From Terriglobales bacterium (lineage in GTDB: Bacteria > Acidobacteriota > Terriglobia > Terriglobales > Acidobacteriaceae): DNA of 64,000 bases. Below the pieces are notes generated by a model, which made no database searches, was not told the origin of the DNA, and saw only the letters and a list, made by a program, of their open reading frames with translations. Positions within the stretch are counted from its first letter, which is position 1. Every line of letters starts with the position of its first letter. The DNA is taken from positions 11,636 to 75,635 of the forward strand of contig JBBIPV010000011.1 of assembly GCA_037442635.1 (NCBI GenBank). Direction: 5' to 3'. A program made the position numbers and the translations under genes. Shown here piece by piece: positions 52,704 to 63,728 of the stretch.

Positions 52704-53396
52704 TTATTTCGCCGCTTCCTGGGCCCACTTCGCCAACGTAGCCAGGAATGCATTCGCGCCAGCCGGCGGTTCTACCTCGCCGGTTAAGGATGCTTTTGTG
52801 GTCACCATGTGGCCGTAGAACTCTCTGGTCGCGTTCTTGTCCTGTTTCACCACCGCTCCGTTCAGGGTAACGCCGGCGAAAACTCCGCGAGCGCGCGAAT
52901 AGGTCAGCACCTCGGCGCGCATTTTCCAGTCCGTGTCGCCTTCGGCGTGCCGGCCAACCGGACCGGCGGCGACCGAAGCATCGGCTCCGAGAGAAAACTG
53001 GCTGGCCAGCAGATGCTGAACGCCATTCTTGTTCATGATCAACATGACCAAGTCTACCGCCTGGCCGCCGATCTGAAATCCGACGCTGCCGCCCTCGACG
53101 GTGAAAAAGGCCGGGGCGCTCCAGCCCTTCGGCGTGCGGCAACTGGCCAGGCCGCGCCCGTACTTGGCGCCCACAATAAAGCCTCCCTTCAGCAGCGACG
53201 GCACCACGGCTACGCACTCGGATGAGCCGAGAATCTCCTGCGGGATTCCCTTGTCGGGCGCTCCCTGGATCTCATTCAAAACATCCGCCGCCGCCTGGAC
53301 GCGGTCTTCGGCCTTGGAATCCTTGGACTGATCATCAGCCGCAAAAGAATAAGCACACAGCGACACCAGCAGGGTCAGCAATACAAGCTTTTTCAT
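52704..53396 (-). CDS. SYLF (Ysc84-like) lipid-binding domain protein, secreted
   Basis: Signal peptide MKKLVLLTLLVSLCAYSFA. The core (GGSVGFQIGGQ...FSLGADASVAAGPVGR) is typical of the SYLF/DUF500 family. Confidence 0.75.
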   Translation of the reverse strand: MKKLVLLTLLVSLCAYSFAADDQSKDSKAEDRVQAAADVLNEIQGAPDKGIPQEILGSSECVAVVPSLLKGGFIVGAKYGRGLASCRTPKGWSAPAFFTVEGGSVGFQIGGQAVDLVMLIMNKNGVQHLLASQFSLGADASVAAGPVGRHAEGDTDWKMRAEVLTYSRARGVFAGVTLNGAVVKQDKNATREFYGHMVTTKASLTGEVEPPAGANAFLATLAKWAQEAAK

Positions 53397-53686
53397 GGGT
53401 CCTCACCACACAACCAGACTGTTGGGATCTGATGCTTAGATTGTAAATGAAAGTGCAGGGCTTGGTTGTACATCGGGCGGCGGATTGGGCAGGAAACACG
53501 GGGGCAAAAAAATGCGGGGCTGAAAGCAGTGACCCTAATCGCCACTCTCAACCCCGTCTCCCAGGTTCTGTGGTAGGTGAGTCGAGTATGGGGCAGGGGT
53601 TGGCCGGCTACAAGATTACCGAGGTCACTGTACCTAAGAAACTCCTAGAAGATTCTCAGGAACAGCCAACATTGATGCTCGCTCGA

Positions 53687-54892
53687 CTACGGTTTGGCTA
53701 ACGTCTGTGCTCGCCAGGTGTTACGCATTCCTCCCGCCCATTTCGGCCACGGCCCCCAGAGGCCGCCGTTGGGCTCGAGGTCCTGGATGGCATACAGCTT
53801 TCCGTCTGCACTGAGGGCGTAAACGGTCCCATCAGGTCCGATGGTTGGGGAATACACGGGGCCTTCGGTCTTGAATTCCCATTTGGCGTGGCCATCGGAC
53901 GAGACGGCGTAGAGGTAGTGGTCGTCACTGCCAAAGAAAATCGTGCCGTTTTTTGCGATGGCCGGAGTGGAGTGCACTTTATCGCCGGTCGAGAATTTCC
54001 ACTTCAACTGGCCGTCCGGGTTCAGGGCGTACAAATGGCCATCCTCGGAACCAAAGAAAATGGTTCCATCCTCAGCCACCGCTGGCTGCCCGGCCCAGTG
54101 TCCAGGCGTAGGATACGACCATATCGCCGCAGAGCCGGTCGGCTTCATCGCCATGAATCGGTCCTTGCATCCAACGTACCTCAGCCCGTCGGCTCCAAAC
54201 GCGGGCGGATGACAGTCTCTCGGGACACTGAACTCCGCATCCCACCACTCCTGCCGGATGGCCGGGTCTATGGCCTTGCCGACAAGCGCCGGCTCGTATC
54301 CCTCAGGCGAAAGGAAGGCTGACGCGCCCTGATCCCAGAGGACGAAAATTGAACCGTCTTTGAGCAGTCCGGTTTGTATCACCGTGGTGACGTTCGAGAC
54401 GGAGGCCTTACCCTCGCCATTGGCGTCCACGCGGGACACGCCGGCGGTGTTGGTTTCGTATTTGGCCTTGACGTCGAACCAGATGTGGCCGTCGTCGGCA
54501 ATAAACGTGTACAAAACCGGCTGGTAGGGCGACTGGAAGTTGAATCCGTTGCTCACGTTCTCATGGAACCACTTCTGGGTTCCGTCTGGATTCAGCGCGT
54601 AGAGTCCCTTGGCCCCGCCGACGTAGATTGTGCCCTCGGCGTCAATGGCAGGAGAATGCTCAGGCAGGTGGTCCGGCATCCCAGGATCACATTTTTGACC
54701 GACAATGCCCCATAGAGGACTGCCCATTTTCACGCAATCCTGCACGATGGAGTTCGTGGCGACGAATTCCCACTTTATGGCAGGCGTGGGCGGAGCAAAC
54801 GGAGGTAGATGGCTGAAACCGGAGCGGCCGGCAAACAGCACTGCCACGGTGATTGCAGTCAGCGCGATGATGATGGCTTTGGATCTATTCAT
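53687..54892 (-). CDS. PQQ-like beta-propeller repeat protein
   Basis: The ATG at 54892 gives MNRSKAIIIALTAITVAVLFA. Repeated blades: GTIYVGGAKGLYALNPDG, GTIFFGSEDGHLYALNPDG, GTIFFGSDDHYLYAVSSDG, GTVYALSADGKLYAI. Confidence 0.75.
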   Translation of the reverse strand: MNRSKAIIIALTAITVAVLFAGRSGFSHLPPFAPPTPAIKWEFVATNSIVQDCVKMGSPLWGIVGQKCDPGMPDHLPEHSPAIDAEGTIYVGGAKGLYALNPDGTQKWFHENVSNGFNFQSPYQPVLYTFIADDGHIWFDVKAKYETNTAGVSRVDANGEGKASVSNVTTVIQTGLLKDGSIFVLWDQGASAFLSPEGYEPALVGKAIDPAIRQEWWDAEFSVPRDCHPPAFGADGLRYVGCKDRFMAMKPTGSAAIWSYPTPGHWAGQPAVAEDGTIFFGSEDGHLYALNPDGQLKWKFSTGDKVHSTPAIAKNGTIFFGSDDHYLYAVSSDGHAKWEFKTEGPVYSPTIGPDGTVYALSADGKLYAIQDLEPNGGLWGPWPKWAGGMRNTWRAQTLAKP

Positions 54893-54929
54893 CACAACTC
54901 GGTCGTCATCCGATATGGTTGTTAAGAGC

Positions 54930-55478
54930 TCACCAGCACTGGACTCTATGGCAGCTAGCGCGCGCCGTGAATGTTCCGCGCTCGAGGGAACCGTCAGCAA
55001 ACTTCAACTCGTAGCTCGGCGGAATCTCGGGAGGTCCTGGCTTACCGAAATCAATGGTTCCGCTGACCGCCTGATCGCACTTCAATTCCGCGCTAAGACA
55101 GCGGACAACCGTTGCCGACTGTGCCGAGTTCCTCCACCACAAGACTTTCACTGGCCCCGCATGGGTATCTTCGGCGGCAAAGAACTGAACGTTGAGGAAC
55201 GGAGGCGGGGGCATCTCGATCCGCTTGGTACATTTCACCCGAACGGTCGTAAGTGTAATTCCTGATTCCGGCTGGTCCACCGGGCCACACCCGTTCCAGT
55301 AACGCCCGAACGAAAACTTCAACGTCCCGGTGTGGTTGCTCGGCGGATTGGCTTGCGGCGTTTGCGCCGTGGCGGGAACCACAAACGTTGTCAGAACTGC
55401 CAACAACAGCCCGAGTGCCGCGCGCGCAACTATGTGTGCTGCTCCCGCTGGTGCTTCTTGGCTGGAAGCCGGAGCCAT
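54930..55478 (-). CDS. secreted Cys-containing hypothetical protein
   Basis: 182-aa ORF with a signal-like segment ALGLLLAVLTTFVVPATAQ and 6 Cys. No family recognised. Confidence 0.45.
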   Translation of the reverse strand: MAPASSQEAPAGAAHIVARAALGLLLAVLTTFVVPATAQTPQANPPSNHTGTLKFSFGRYWNGCGPVDQPESGITLTTVRVKCTKRIEMPPPPFLNVQFFAAEDTHAGPVKVLWWRNSAQSATVVRCLSAELKCDQAVSGTIDFGKPGPPEIPPSYELKFADGSLERGTFTARASCHRVQCW

Positions 55479-55493
55479 GAGCTAGAAAGTGTC

Positions 55494-56150
55494 TTACTTC
55501 GTGGCCACCAGCGAGTGCGTGATGGCATGCACCGACAGCGCGATGCGATTCTGCACGCCGACTTTGCGCATTAGTTTCGCCACGTGGGCCTTGACCGTGC
55601 GTTCTTCGATCCCTAACTGTCCGCCGATCTCTTTGTTGGAGCGGCCCGCGACCAGCATTTCGAGCACTTCTTTTTCGCGGTCGGTGAAGGTCACGCGGCC
55701 AGCCGGGAAAATGCGTCCCGGCGACGACGACACCCGCTCGATGAACATGGAGAGCACCCGCCGCGGCGCCCAGACCGATCCCTGATTGACCACGCGGATG
55801 GCCTGCGCGAACTCGGCTGGCGTAGCGGCTTCGTCCACATAGCCCTTGGCCCCGGAAGCAATCGCCTTGAGGATGGTTTCTTCGTCAATGCCCGAGCCGG
55901 TCACGATGATCCGCAGGTCGGGACGGGTGGCCTTCAAGCTGGCCATCAGATCGAAGAGGTTTTGCCCGGAACGGTTGCCGAGCAGGATGAGGTCCACGTT
56001 CGGCAGCGTGCTGATCTCAGGCAGCGCCGCGGAAATCAGCTCAAATTCCGGCTCCGAATCGAACAGAGCGCGGAACCCGACAAAGCGCAAAGGATCGCTT
56101 TCCACCACCGCAATTCGTATGACCGGTTTTCTAGCGACTGCTGCTTTCAT
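55494..56150 (-). CDS. LuxR/NarL-type regulator with an atypical (Asp-less) receiver domain
   Basis: The C-terminus LTDREKEVLEMLVAGRSNKEIGGQLGIEERTVKAHV is a LuxR HTH. The receiver beta3 reads DLILLGN, with G at the usual phospho-Asp position. T (IIVTGS) and K (GAKGYV) are retained. Confidence 0.8.
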   Translation of the reverse strand: MKAAVARKPVIRIAVVESDPLRFVGFRALFDSEPEFELISAALPEISTLPNVDLILLGNRSGQNLFDLMASLKATRPDLRIIVTGSGIDEETILKAIASGAKGYVDEAATPAEFAQAIRVVNQGSVWAPRRVLSMFIERVSSSPGRIFPAGRVTFTDREKEVLEMLVAGRSNKEIGGQLGIEERTVKAHVAKLMRKVGVQNRIALSVHAITHSLVATK

Positions 56151-56334
56151 GGTTATCCCTATGGGGTCTAAGATTTCTTTCCATCCAGCATAGTGATAAT
56201 TCATTGAGAATCAAAGAGAAGGTGACCGAAGGGAAATTACGGGAGTAACATGGGAAAGCGCGCCGCCGGCCTTGTATTTTCGGGGTGTTTCGTGGCCATT
56301 TGGCAGGCTGCGGGAAAGGCAACACCCGGAAATC

Positions 56335-56895
56335 ATGGACGCCATTGTACGCCAAGCCGTTCCCGAAGATGCTGACGCGATTGCGGCGGTGCACATTCAG
56401 AGTTGGCAGGCGGCGTATCGTGGGCTGCTGCCGGACCAGTTTCTTGACAACCTTAGCCAGGAACTGCAGCGCCGGTCCCAGTTTTGGCGAACTGAAATTG
56501 CGACTCCGCGAACGGACAAGCACGAGGTCTGGGTCGTCCAAACTGGGAAACAACTGGACGGATTTGCCGGGATCGGGCCAGGAAGGGACTCTGACTCCGA
56601 CACCGGAGAACTCTATGCGATTTACGTCCACCCGAACCGCTGGCAGACGGGTTTAGGCCGCGCGCTCTTGAGGCAAGCTACCCACCGCCTCGAAGGACAT
56701 GGATATTCGACGGCATTTCTCTGGGTGCTTGCATCCAATGCGCGTGCCCGGCGATTCTATGAGATTGCCGGATGGACTTTCGACGGGGTGACCAAGTTAG
56801 AAACGCATCCGGAGGGATTTGAACTGCACGAGGTTCTCTATCGGATCCGGTTCGGCCGAGAACGCGAGGGGCAATATATCAGGAGTCATGCATGA
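56335..56895 (+). CDS. GNAT family N-acetyltransferase
   Basis: The ATG at 56335 gives MDAIVRQAVPEDADAI. Acetyl-CoA motif region YVHPNRWQTGLGRALL. Confidence 0.8.
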   Translation: MDAIVRQAVPEDADAIAAVHIQSWQAAYRGLLPDQFLDNLSQELQRRSQFWRTEIATPRTDKHEVWVVQTGKQLDGFAGIGPGRDSDSDTGELYAIYVHPNRWQTGLGRALLRQATHRLEGHGYSTAFLWVLASNARARRFYEIAGWTFDGVTKLETHPEGFELHEVLYRIRFGREREGQYIRSHA

Positions 56896-57368
56896 AACAA
56901 TCATTCGCACCAATGTTGATTTTTGTCGTGATCATCACCGTTGCTGCGCCGGTGCTTGCGCAGCAAAGCGAACCAGCCCCGGCCACGAATCCGGCGCAAA
57001 GCCCAGCGCCGGTTCCAACCTACACGCCGAAATTTCCCGGCGATCCGGCGCGTTCGGATTCCGAAGCCGCAGCGCTGGCCTATATGCGCGTCGTCATCCG
57101 CGCGCAGAAGTTGTTCGACAAGCAGTACGGACACTTTGCGCACACGCTGACCGACCTGGTCCACTCCGGATCGTTCACCAAGCGCATGGTCAATCCCGAG
57201 CGCGGCGACTACACCGCCAGTTTCAAGGGCAAGGACGACAGCTACGTTCTGACGATGACTCCGAAGAATCTGGACGCTCAGCACCGGTCTTTCTATGCGG
57301 AAGATGACGGCAAGATCCACGCGGATGAAACCAAAGCGGCCGACGGCGATTCGCAGGTGGTGAAATAG
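56892..57368 (+). CDS. secreted hypothetical protein
   Basis: ATGA overlap with the GNAT gene. Signal peptide MKQSFAPMLIFVVIITVAAPVLAQ. Confidence 0.5.
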   Translation: MKQSFAPMLIFVVIITVAAPVLAQQSEPAPATNPAQSPAPVPTYTPKFPGDPARSDSEAAALAYMRVVIRAQKLFDKQYGHFAHTLTDLVHSGSFTKRMVNPERGDYTASFKGKDDSYVLTMTPKNLDAQHRSFYAEDDGKIHADETKAADGDSQVVK

Positions 57369-57451
57369 GATTTGCGGCGCCGGACATAAATGTCCGGGCG
57401 AAGGCGCATGATCAAGCATCTGGACATGAAGCGTGTATATGCGCGGGGACG

Positions 57452-57661
57452 TCAGCTGTTCTTGCGGTAGAGCAGGTTGCGCATGGCTTCGCGGCGGGCG
57501 GCGTTAGCTTGCTTGTCTGTCTTCCATCCGTCCGCGTTCGGTTTCGACTCGGGCGTTTCCTGTTCACTGCACGAGGGGCAGCGGTTGGCAAAGCCCGGCT
57601 TGCCGGGTTTCAGTTCGAATTCTTCGCCGCACGCGACGCAGGTTTTGATCGGGTAGGCCAT
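57452..57661 (-). CDS. small zinc-ribbon protein
   Basis: Two CxxC pairs, CVAC and CPSC, 16 residues apart. 69 aa, located directly downstream of the mqn gene. Confidence 0.5.
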   Translation of the reverse strand: MAYPIKTCVACGEEFELKPGKPGFANRCPSCSEQETPESKPNADGWKTDKQANAARREAMRNLLYRKNS

Positions 57662-57679
57662 CCGTTCGTTGAAGCCGCC

Positions 57680-58756
57680 TCAGTTCAGGAAGTACTGCCG
57701 ATACAGCGTATCGCGCTGCGCGGGCCGGAAGCCGGCATCGCGGATGATTCGGCGCAGCTCTTCTTCCGTGGTGCAGTTGGTCACGCCCGCCGCGCGCACA
57801 ACATTCTCTTCCAGCATCACCGAGCCGACGTCGTTTCCGCCGAAGCGCAGGCCCATCTGGCAGACTTTTAATCCCTGCGTGACCCAGCTGGACTGCACGT
57901 TGAGGAAGTTCGACAGATAAATCCGCGAGATGGCCAGGACTTTCAGGTATTCGACAGCAGTGGCTTCATCCCAATGCCGGCCGCCGAGCGCGGTATTCTG
58001 CGGCTGAAAGCTCCACGGGATGAAGGCCGTGAAACCGCCCGTCTCTTCCTGCAGTTCGTAGAGCCGCTGGAAGTGGTTGATGCGGTGCTCGCAGGTTTCA
58101 CCGACGCCGAACATCATGGTCGCGGTGGTGCGCATGCCGATCTGATGCGCGGTGCGATGCACGTTGAGCCAATCGTCGGTCAGGCATTTGAGGCGGGCGA
58201 TTTTGTAGCGGACTTCGTCGTCGAGAATTTCGGCTCCGCCGCCGGGGATCGAGTCGAGTCCCGCGTCACGCAACCGCAGGATCGTATCGCGGATCGAAAG
58301 CCCGCTGTACTCGGCGATGGCGATGATCTCCGAGGCCGAGTAGCAGTGCAGGTGCACCTTGGGAAAGCGCTGCTTGATGCCGCTCAGCATCTTCTCGTGC
58401 CAGTCAATCTTCAAGTCCGGATGCAGGCCGCCCTGCATGAGCACGCCGGTGCCGCCGAGTTCCACGGTCTCGCGAATCTTTTCGTAGATCGTGTCGAAGT
58501 CGAGAATGTAGCCTTCTTCTACCCGGGCCGCCGGTCCCTTCAGCGGCCGATAAAACGCGCAGAAGGTGCAGTATTCGGTGCAAAAGTTGGTGTAGTTGAT
58601 GTTGCGGTCAATGATGTAGGTGACCACGCCTTCGGGATGCAGCCGGCGGCGCACCGCGTCGGCCTCCATCCCGATGCCGATCAGGTCATCGGAGGCAAAC
58701 ATCTCCAGGGCTTGGGGCTTGGTCAGGGACATGAGGGTCACAGAACCTGCCTTCAT
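57680..58756 (-). CDS. mqnC: menaquinone (futalosine pathway) radical SAM enzyme, MqnC/MqnE family, most like cyclic dehypoxanthinyl futalosine synthase
   Basis: DRNINYTNFCTEYCTFCAFYR (CxxxCxxC radical SAM cluster in a CofH/Mqn context). Confidence 0.7.
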   Translation of the reverse strand: MKAGSVTLMSLTKPQALEMFASDDLIGIGMEADAVRRRLHPEGVVTYIIDRNINYTNFCTEYCTFCAFYRPLKGPAARVEEGYILDFDTIYEKIRETVELGGTGVLMQGGLHPDLKIDWHEKMLSGIKQRFPKVHLHCYSASEIIAIAEYSGLSIRDTILRLRDAGLDSIPGGGAEILDDEVRYKIARLKCLTDDWLNVHRTAHQIGMRTTATMMFGVGETCEHRINHFQRLYELQEETGGFTAFIPWSFQPQNTALGGRHWDEATAVEYLKVLAISRIYLSNFLNVQSSWVTQGLKVCQMGLRFGGNDVGSVMLEENVVRAAGVTNCTTEEELRRIIRDAGFRPAQRDTLYRQYFLN

Positions 58757-58854
58757 TTTAGCGGAGTGGAAGCAAACCTTCCAGGCACAGCCTCACTCCG
58801 TTTGAGCTTGTGAATCAGGTCGGATCTCGACGGCGCTGCAGGAGTCGGTTCAGT

Positions 58855-59550
58855 TTATGCCGACGTGTCGAGTGCCGGCGGTTTGGCGCCCTTGATCAGG
58901 AGCCAAAACATGAACACAATCTCGCCGAACACGGCGGGCTGAGAGTAGGAGTCCACCCTGTCCTGAAACTGCGGCAACGCTACGCTCGTAAAGCTCAGCA
59001 TCATCCAGGCGACGCCGGCGAGGGCGAGCCAAACGCCCAGGAACCGCGGCAGGAAGCGCGACCTGTACACCAGCAGGGCGAGGGGAAAGAGCCACAGGCC
59101 CCAAAATAATTCAGCGACGACGAGTCCCTGGCCATGCAACTTGAGGAACAGCATCGCCAGAGCGTCCCGCTGGGGCTTTTCGAATACGGACAGGAAATCG
59201 GCCCCGCGTACGAGGACGAGGGTGGCGATGGAGTTGACCTCATTCAGAAACGCGATGGGGACTGAGACCACAATCAACGTCACCATGAGAGAGGCATAAC
59301 GCCGGTTGACTCCCTTAAGCAGGTCATACAAGGCCAAGGCCACGAAGATGAAACCTGACATGCCGACGAGTTGGGCCGCGATGCCGAGACGAAACAGCAT
59401 CTCGTTGGCCGAGATGTTGCTGGCGGTCGCCGCTGCATTTCCGTGGACGATCAGCTTGCCGGGAACATACCCCATGGCGAAGAAGCCCACGATAGAAGTG
59501 AGTACATACAGCAAGCCTGCGAATCTGCCTGGGTTCCTGGTGAGAGTCAT
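58855..59550 (-). CDS. DUF4386-like integral membrane protein (paralog A)
   Basis: 231 aa with about 6 TM segments. N-terminus RFAGLLYVLTSIVGFF...GNAAATASNISANEMLFRLGIA. The family name is recalled from memory. Confidence 0.6.
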   Translation of the reverse strand: MTLTRNPGRFAGLLYVLTSIVGFFAMGYVPGKLIVHGNAAATASNISANEMLFRLGIAAQLVGMSGFIFVALALYDLLKGVNRRYASLMVTLIVVSVPIAFLNEVNSIATLVLVRGADFLSVFEKPQRDALAMLFLKLHGQGLVVAELFWGLWLFPLALLVYRSRFLPRFLGVWLALAGVAWMMLSFTSVALPQFQDRVDSYSQPAVFGEIVFMFWLLIKGAKPPALDTSA

Positions 59551-59610
59551 GGTGTCCTCCTTGCTGCCTCCCTACGGCTACGGGAGAGGTTGCGGTCAGG
59601 CGCGAGCGAA

Positions 59611-60518
59611 TCAGAGCGGGCCGCGATAGCGGCGCAGGCGGACGGCTGCGGCCAGGAAGGCCGTGGCCACCAGCAAGCCCATCCACAGACCCGGGCTGGC
59701 CAGGAAGTGACCGGGAGTGAGGTGGGTCATCGGGCTGAGCGGGGTTTTGCCCGGCATAGCGATGGCCTCCGGGCCGCCCGCGACGCGGTACTCGAGAAAC
59801 GCGGCGAAATGCATGGTGTTGAAGGCGATCTTCTCGACGACGCAGATCGCGACCGCCGGCAGGGCCGCCCATAAGACAGCCGCGCGCCGCGCCCAGCCGG
59901 AAACCAGCAGCAGCCAGGCGTAAATGGGCGCATGCCAGAGCACATGCACGGTTACCATGTGGTAGAGCAGCATAAGCGACATCTGGAGAAATGACGGCGG
60001 CCTCCAAAGCGTCGCGACATCCATACCGCTCCCCAGCAGGACCAGGCTGCTCAGCAGCAGCATGATCCACTGCGTGGCCACGGAGAGCGCAACGGTGATC
60101 GCGGGCAGAACCACGAGGGGGATGCAGGCCTTGGAGAGCACGGTGGTGAGGTCGGAGACCGGCAGCGACTTCCAGAACAGGATGCTGCGATCGCGGCGCT
60201 CGCCGTGCATAGCGTCGAGGCTGTAGAAAACTCCGACGATCAGAGTGGTCACCATGATCACACCCATGGCGAAGCCAGAAGGCTCTTCGAGGATGGCGCG
60301 CCGTCGAGCCAGGTCTTCCACCGACAGGGCGCGGCCAATCGAAGCGATCAGGAATCCGAACAGAGTAACGGCGGCGACAGCCAGCGGCGCTATGTAGATG
60401 GAACGGTTCTCCCACAATTCGCGGCGCACCGACCAATAAAAGGGCTGCGTCGCCGACAAAGCTGCGGGCGCGATTTCCTGCGAGCCAAAGGATTCGGGCG
60501 AGGGGTTCGACTGAGTAT

Positions 60519-60522
<4 letters not shown>
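59611..60522 (-). CDS. ABC-2-type transporter permease-like membrane protein
   Basis: 303 aa, multi-TM, with an ATGA overlap with the upstream ATPase gene. Confidence 0.6.
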
Positions 60523-61402
<880 letters not shown>

Positions 61403-61406
<4 letters not shown>

Positions 61407-61834
61407 GATTTCTTCGTCTCCTCCGCAGCATTCGACGCTGCAGTGCTCGAAGATGTAGTGTTCGAGGAGGACTGGCGGGTTGCGGCCGAATCCAGCAACT
61501 CTTCCGCTTTCAACCCCAGCCGGTGAATAGTGGCGGAGACCCGGGGCCATTCTTCCGCAAGGAACTTCTGCCGCTCACCCTGCAGCAACAGGTTGCGTGC
61601 GCCGGCGTTGATGAACGTGCCGCGGCCTCTCCTGCTCTCGACCAGTTGCTCATCCACCAGTTGTTGATAGCCCTTCAGAACCGTGAGCGGATTGACCCGA
61701 TACTCGGCCGCGACATTGCGCACCGAAGGCAGCGGATCGCCTTCCTTGAGCACGCCCTCGAGGATCATCGCGACCACCCGGTCGCGAAGCTGGCGGTAAA
61801 TCGGCTGACTGTCGTTCCACTCACGGTCCATCAT
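61403..61834 (-). CDS. GntR-family transcriptional regulator, YtrA-like (short effector domain)
   Basis: PIYRQLRDRVVAMILEGVLKEGDPLPSVRNVAAEYRVNPLTVLKGYQQL forms a winged HTH. 143 aa. ATGA overlap with the ATPase gene. Confidence 0.85.
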
Positions 61835-61858
61835 GGGTTCCAGTTCACAGCGCCCTGC

Positions 61859-62584
61859 TCAGCGGCTTGCTTTTTCGACCTCAGTTGTCCCAGACGGCGG
61901 TAATCCCTTAAACAGAAGCCAAAAGCCCATCGTTAGTTCGAAAATAGCGATGGGAATGTAGGAGGCAGGAAAAGACATGTCCTGGAAGTCGGGGAAAATG
62001 ACGGATGCGAACGTAGATGTCGCCACCAGCAAGGACGAAAATATTCCCCAGGCCGCCAATGCTCTGGGAATATATCTCGACTTGAACCACAAAAAGCTGA
62101 AAACTGTGGACCCCAGTCCCAGAAACATCTCGGCAACGTTGTACCCGGCGCCATGCGCGCCGATGTATATTCTCGCCAAGGCCTGCAGTCGATCCGCTTC
62201 AAACACCCGCAGATAATCAGCACCGCTCAAGACCCGCAGAACGTCAAAGCTGCCGAGCGTCATAACCACACAAATTGCCGCCTCCATCAGCCGCCACAAC
62301 GCCGCGAGCAAGGCAAGGTTTTGGTTTACCGCCTTGAGAATCACGTAAAGAGCCGTGAGTAGTCCTACCATGGAGGCCATTTCAAGTAGATCGATGGCAA
62401 TGCCGAGGCGAAATAGTCTTTCGTGCAGCATGATATTCCGTGCTGTTTCCGCAGCATTGTTGTAGATAATGAGCCGGCCGCGGACATATAGCTCATCAAA
62501 GACTGCTACGAAGCCGAAGAGGTACAGAGCTCCGACGACTCTTGCGGCTTTGCGTTGAGGCTCGTCGATTGCGCTGACTGTCAT
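61859..62584 (-). CDS. DUF4386-like integral membrane protein (paralog B)
   Basis: 241 aa. AARVVGALYLFGFVAV...NNAAETARNIMLHERLFRLGIA parallels paralog A. Confidence 0.6.
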   Translation of the reverse strand: MTVSAIDEPQRKAARVVGALYLFGFVAVFDELYVRGRLIIYNNAAETARNIMLHERLFRLGIAIDLLEMASMVGLLTALYVILKAVNQNLALLAALWRLMEAAICVVMTLGSFDVLRVLSGADYLRVFEADRLQALARIYIGAHGAGYNVAEMFLGLGSTVFSFLWFKSRYIPRALAAWGIFSSLLVATSTFASVIFPDFQDMSFPASYIPIAIFELTMGFWLLFKGLPPSGTTEVEKASR

Positions 62585-62693
62585 TTAATGTCCTCCCACT
62601 CCACTCGCCCTGCCGAGGGAGGTGCAAGTGATCGCTCCCATCGGACCACTGCACCCCTCGGATTCCTCGCCATACGTGGCTGGAGCAGCGCCG

Positions 62694-63266
62694 TCACTTG
62701 GTCCGTTGCAAGTCGAAGTGGGCGTGGATCGGCTTGTCCTTCATCATGAACGTCCAATCTTCAGTGTGATGGTTGGCGTCGATGATGGTGAACACCGAAT
62801 GGTGCATGTGGTACTCCGTACTGCCGCTGATGTCCTTGAGCTCGAACTCGACTATCTTGCCGTCGGGCGACATCTTGCCAGTCATGCGCGGCCGGTTCCC
62901 GGCGTCGCAGTAGTGAACCAGCGTGAGCTGATCTCCGTCGAGGTAAAGCATCGTGACCGGATGGTCATACTTGGTCGCATCCAACGGTGTTCCTGCTTCC
63001 TGAAGCTCGTGCACCAGCGCATTCCCTCTGGAGGTCACGCGCATCGAGACGTGGAGCGGCTTCCCACCTGACATCTCCGGCATCTCGGGGACGGTGACGG
63101 GGCCTTCCCACTCTCCCGCCAGGGTTTTCATGGTTGCAAAGGACTTTTGCGCGTCCGACTTCTGCACGTCAGTCTGGGCAGGAGCCATGTGCGCTTCGGA
63201 TTGCGCAAAAGCTATGGTGGTGAACGACATCAGAACAACGGGCAGCCAAAAACGAAGGGATTTCAT
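62694..63266 (-). CDS. secreted hypothetical protein (possibly DUF1579-like beta-barrel)
   Basis: Signal peptide MKSLRFWLPVVLMSFTTIAFAQ. LAGEWEG...LTLVHYCDAGNRPRM pattern. Confidence 0.5.
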   Translation of the reverse strand: MKSLRFWLPVVLMSFTTIAFAQSEAHMAPAQTDVQKSDAQKSFATMKTLAGEWEGPVTVPEMPEMSGGKPLHVSMRVTSRGNALVHELQEAGTPLDATKYDHPVTMLYLDGDQLTLVHYCDAGNRPRMTGKMSPDGKIVEFELKDISGSTEYHMHHSVFTIIDANHHTEDWTFMMKDKPIHAHFDLQRTK

Positions 63267-63321
63267 GTTTCATTCTCCTTGAGGATCACATTGGGCCGCC
63301 TCAGTTCCGAGGCGCCTTCCA

Positions 63322-63345
63322 AGTGTTATACTTAACTATAACACT
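63322..63345. promoter_or_regulatory. perfect AT-rich 9-6-9 palindrome, candidate operator
   Basis: AGTGTTATA cttaac TATAACACT, 56-79 nt upstream of the start at 63266. On the minus strand it overlaps an extended -10-like TGTTATAGT. Confidence 0.35.
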
Positions 63346-63728
63346 AGATCTGATGCAAGCACTATTTTTCCCTAGCCGCGCAGAGGGTGGCCCTGACTAT
63401 AAGCTAACCCGTTGTTTTACAATATCTTGGCTGTACTTTCCTTAGAGGGAGAATTTGTCAGTATTTCCCCTCCTGCAGCACCCGGAGAGAACTCCTGTGT
63501 TCTGCACCCCTCAACGGGCCGGTTGAGAGCGATGCGGCGGGAGCAACGCTCCCTGGGCTGGACGACGCCGCGCCGAACAAGACGCGCAGGCTAGCCGCGA
63601 AGAATCAGTTTTGCTCTTTGGGCGTTTCTCGCCTGCCATGCAACTCTTTCTCCCGCCGCAGGTTCCAACCCGCTAAACACAGTCTCGAATTACATTGGTT
63701 GTTGGAATTTGATGAGGAGGAAGCATCC

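Noticed and set aside
53447-53701. 84-aa plus-strand ORF in the SYLF / beta-propeller intergenic region.
   Set aside because: There is no SD, no recognisable domain, and its composition looks non-coding. It overlaps the stop region of the convergent-orientation beta-propeller gene.
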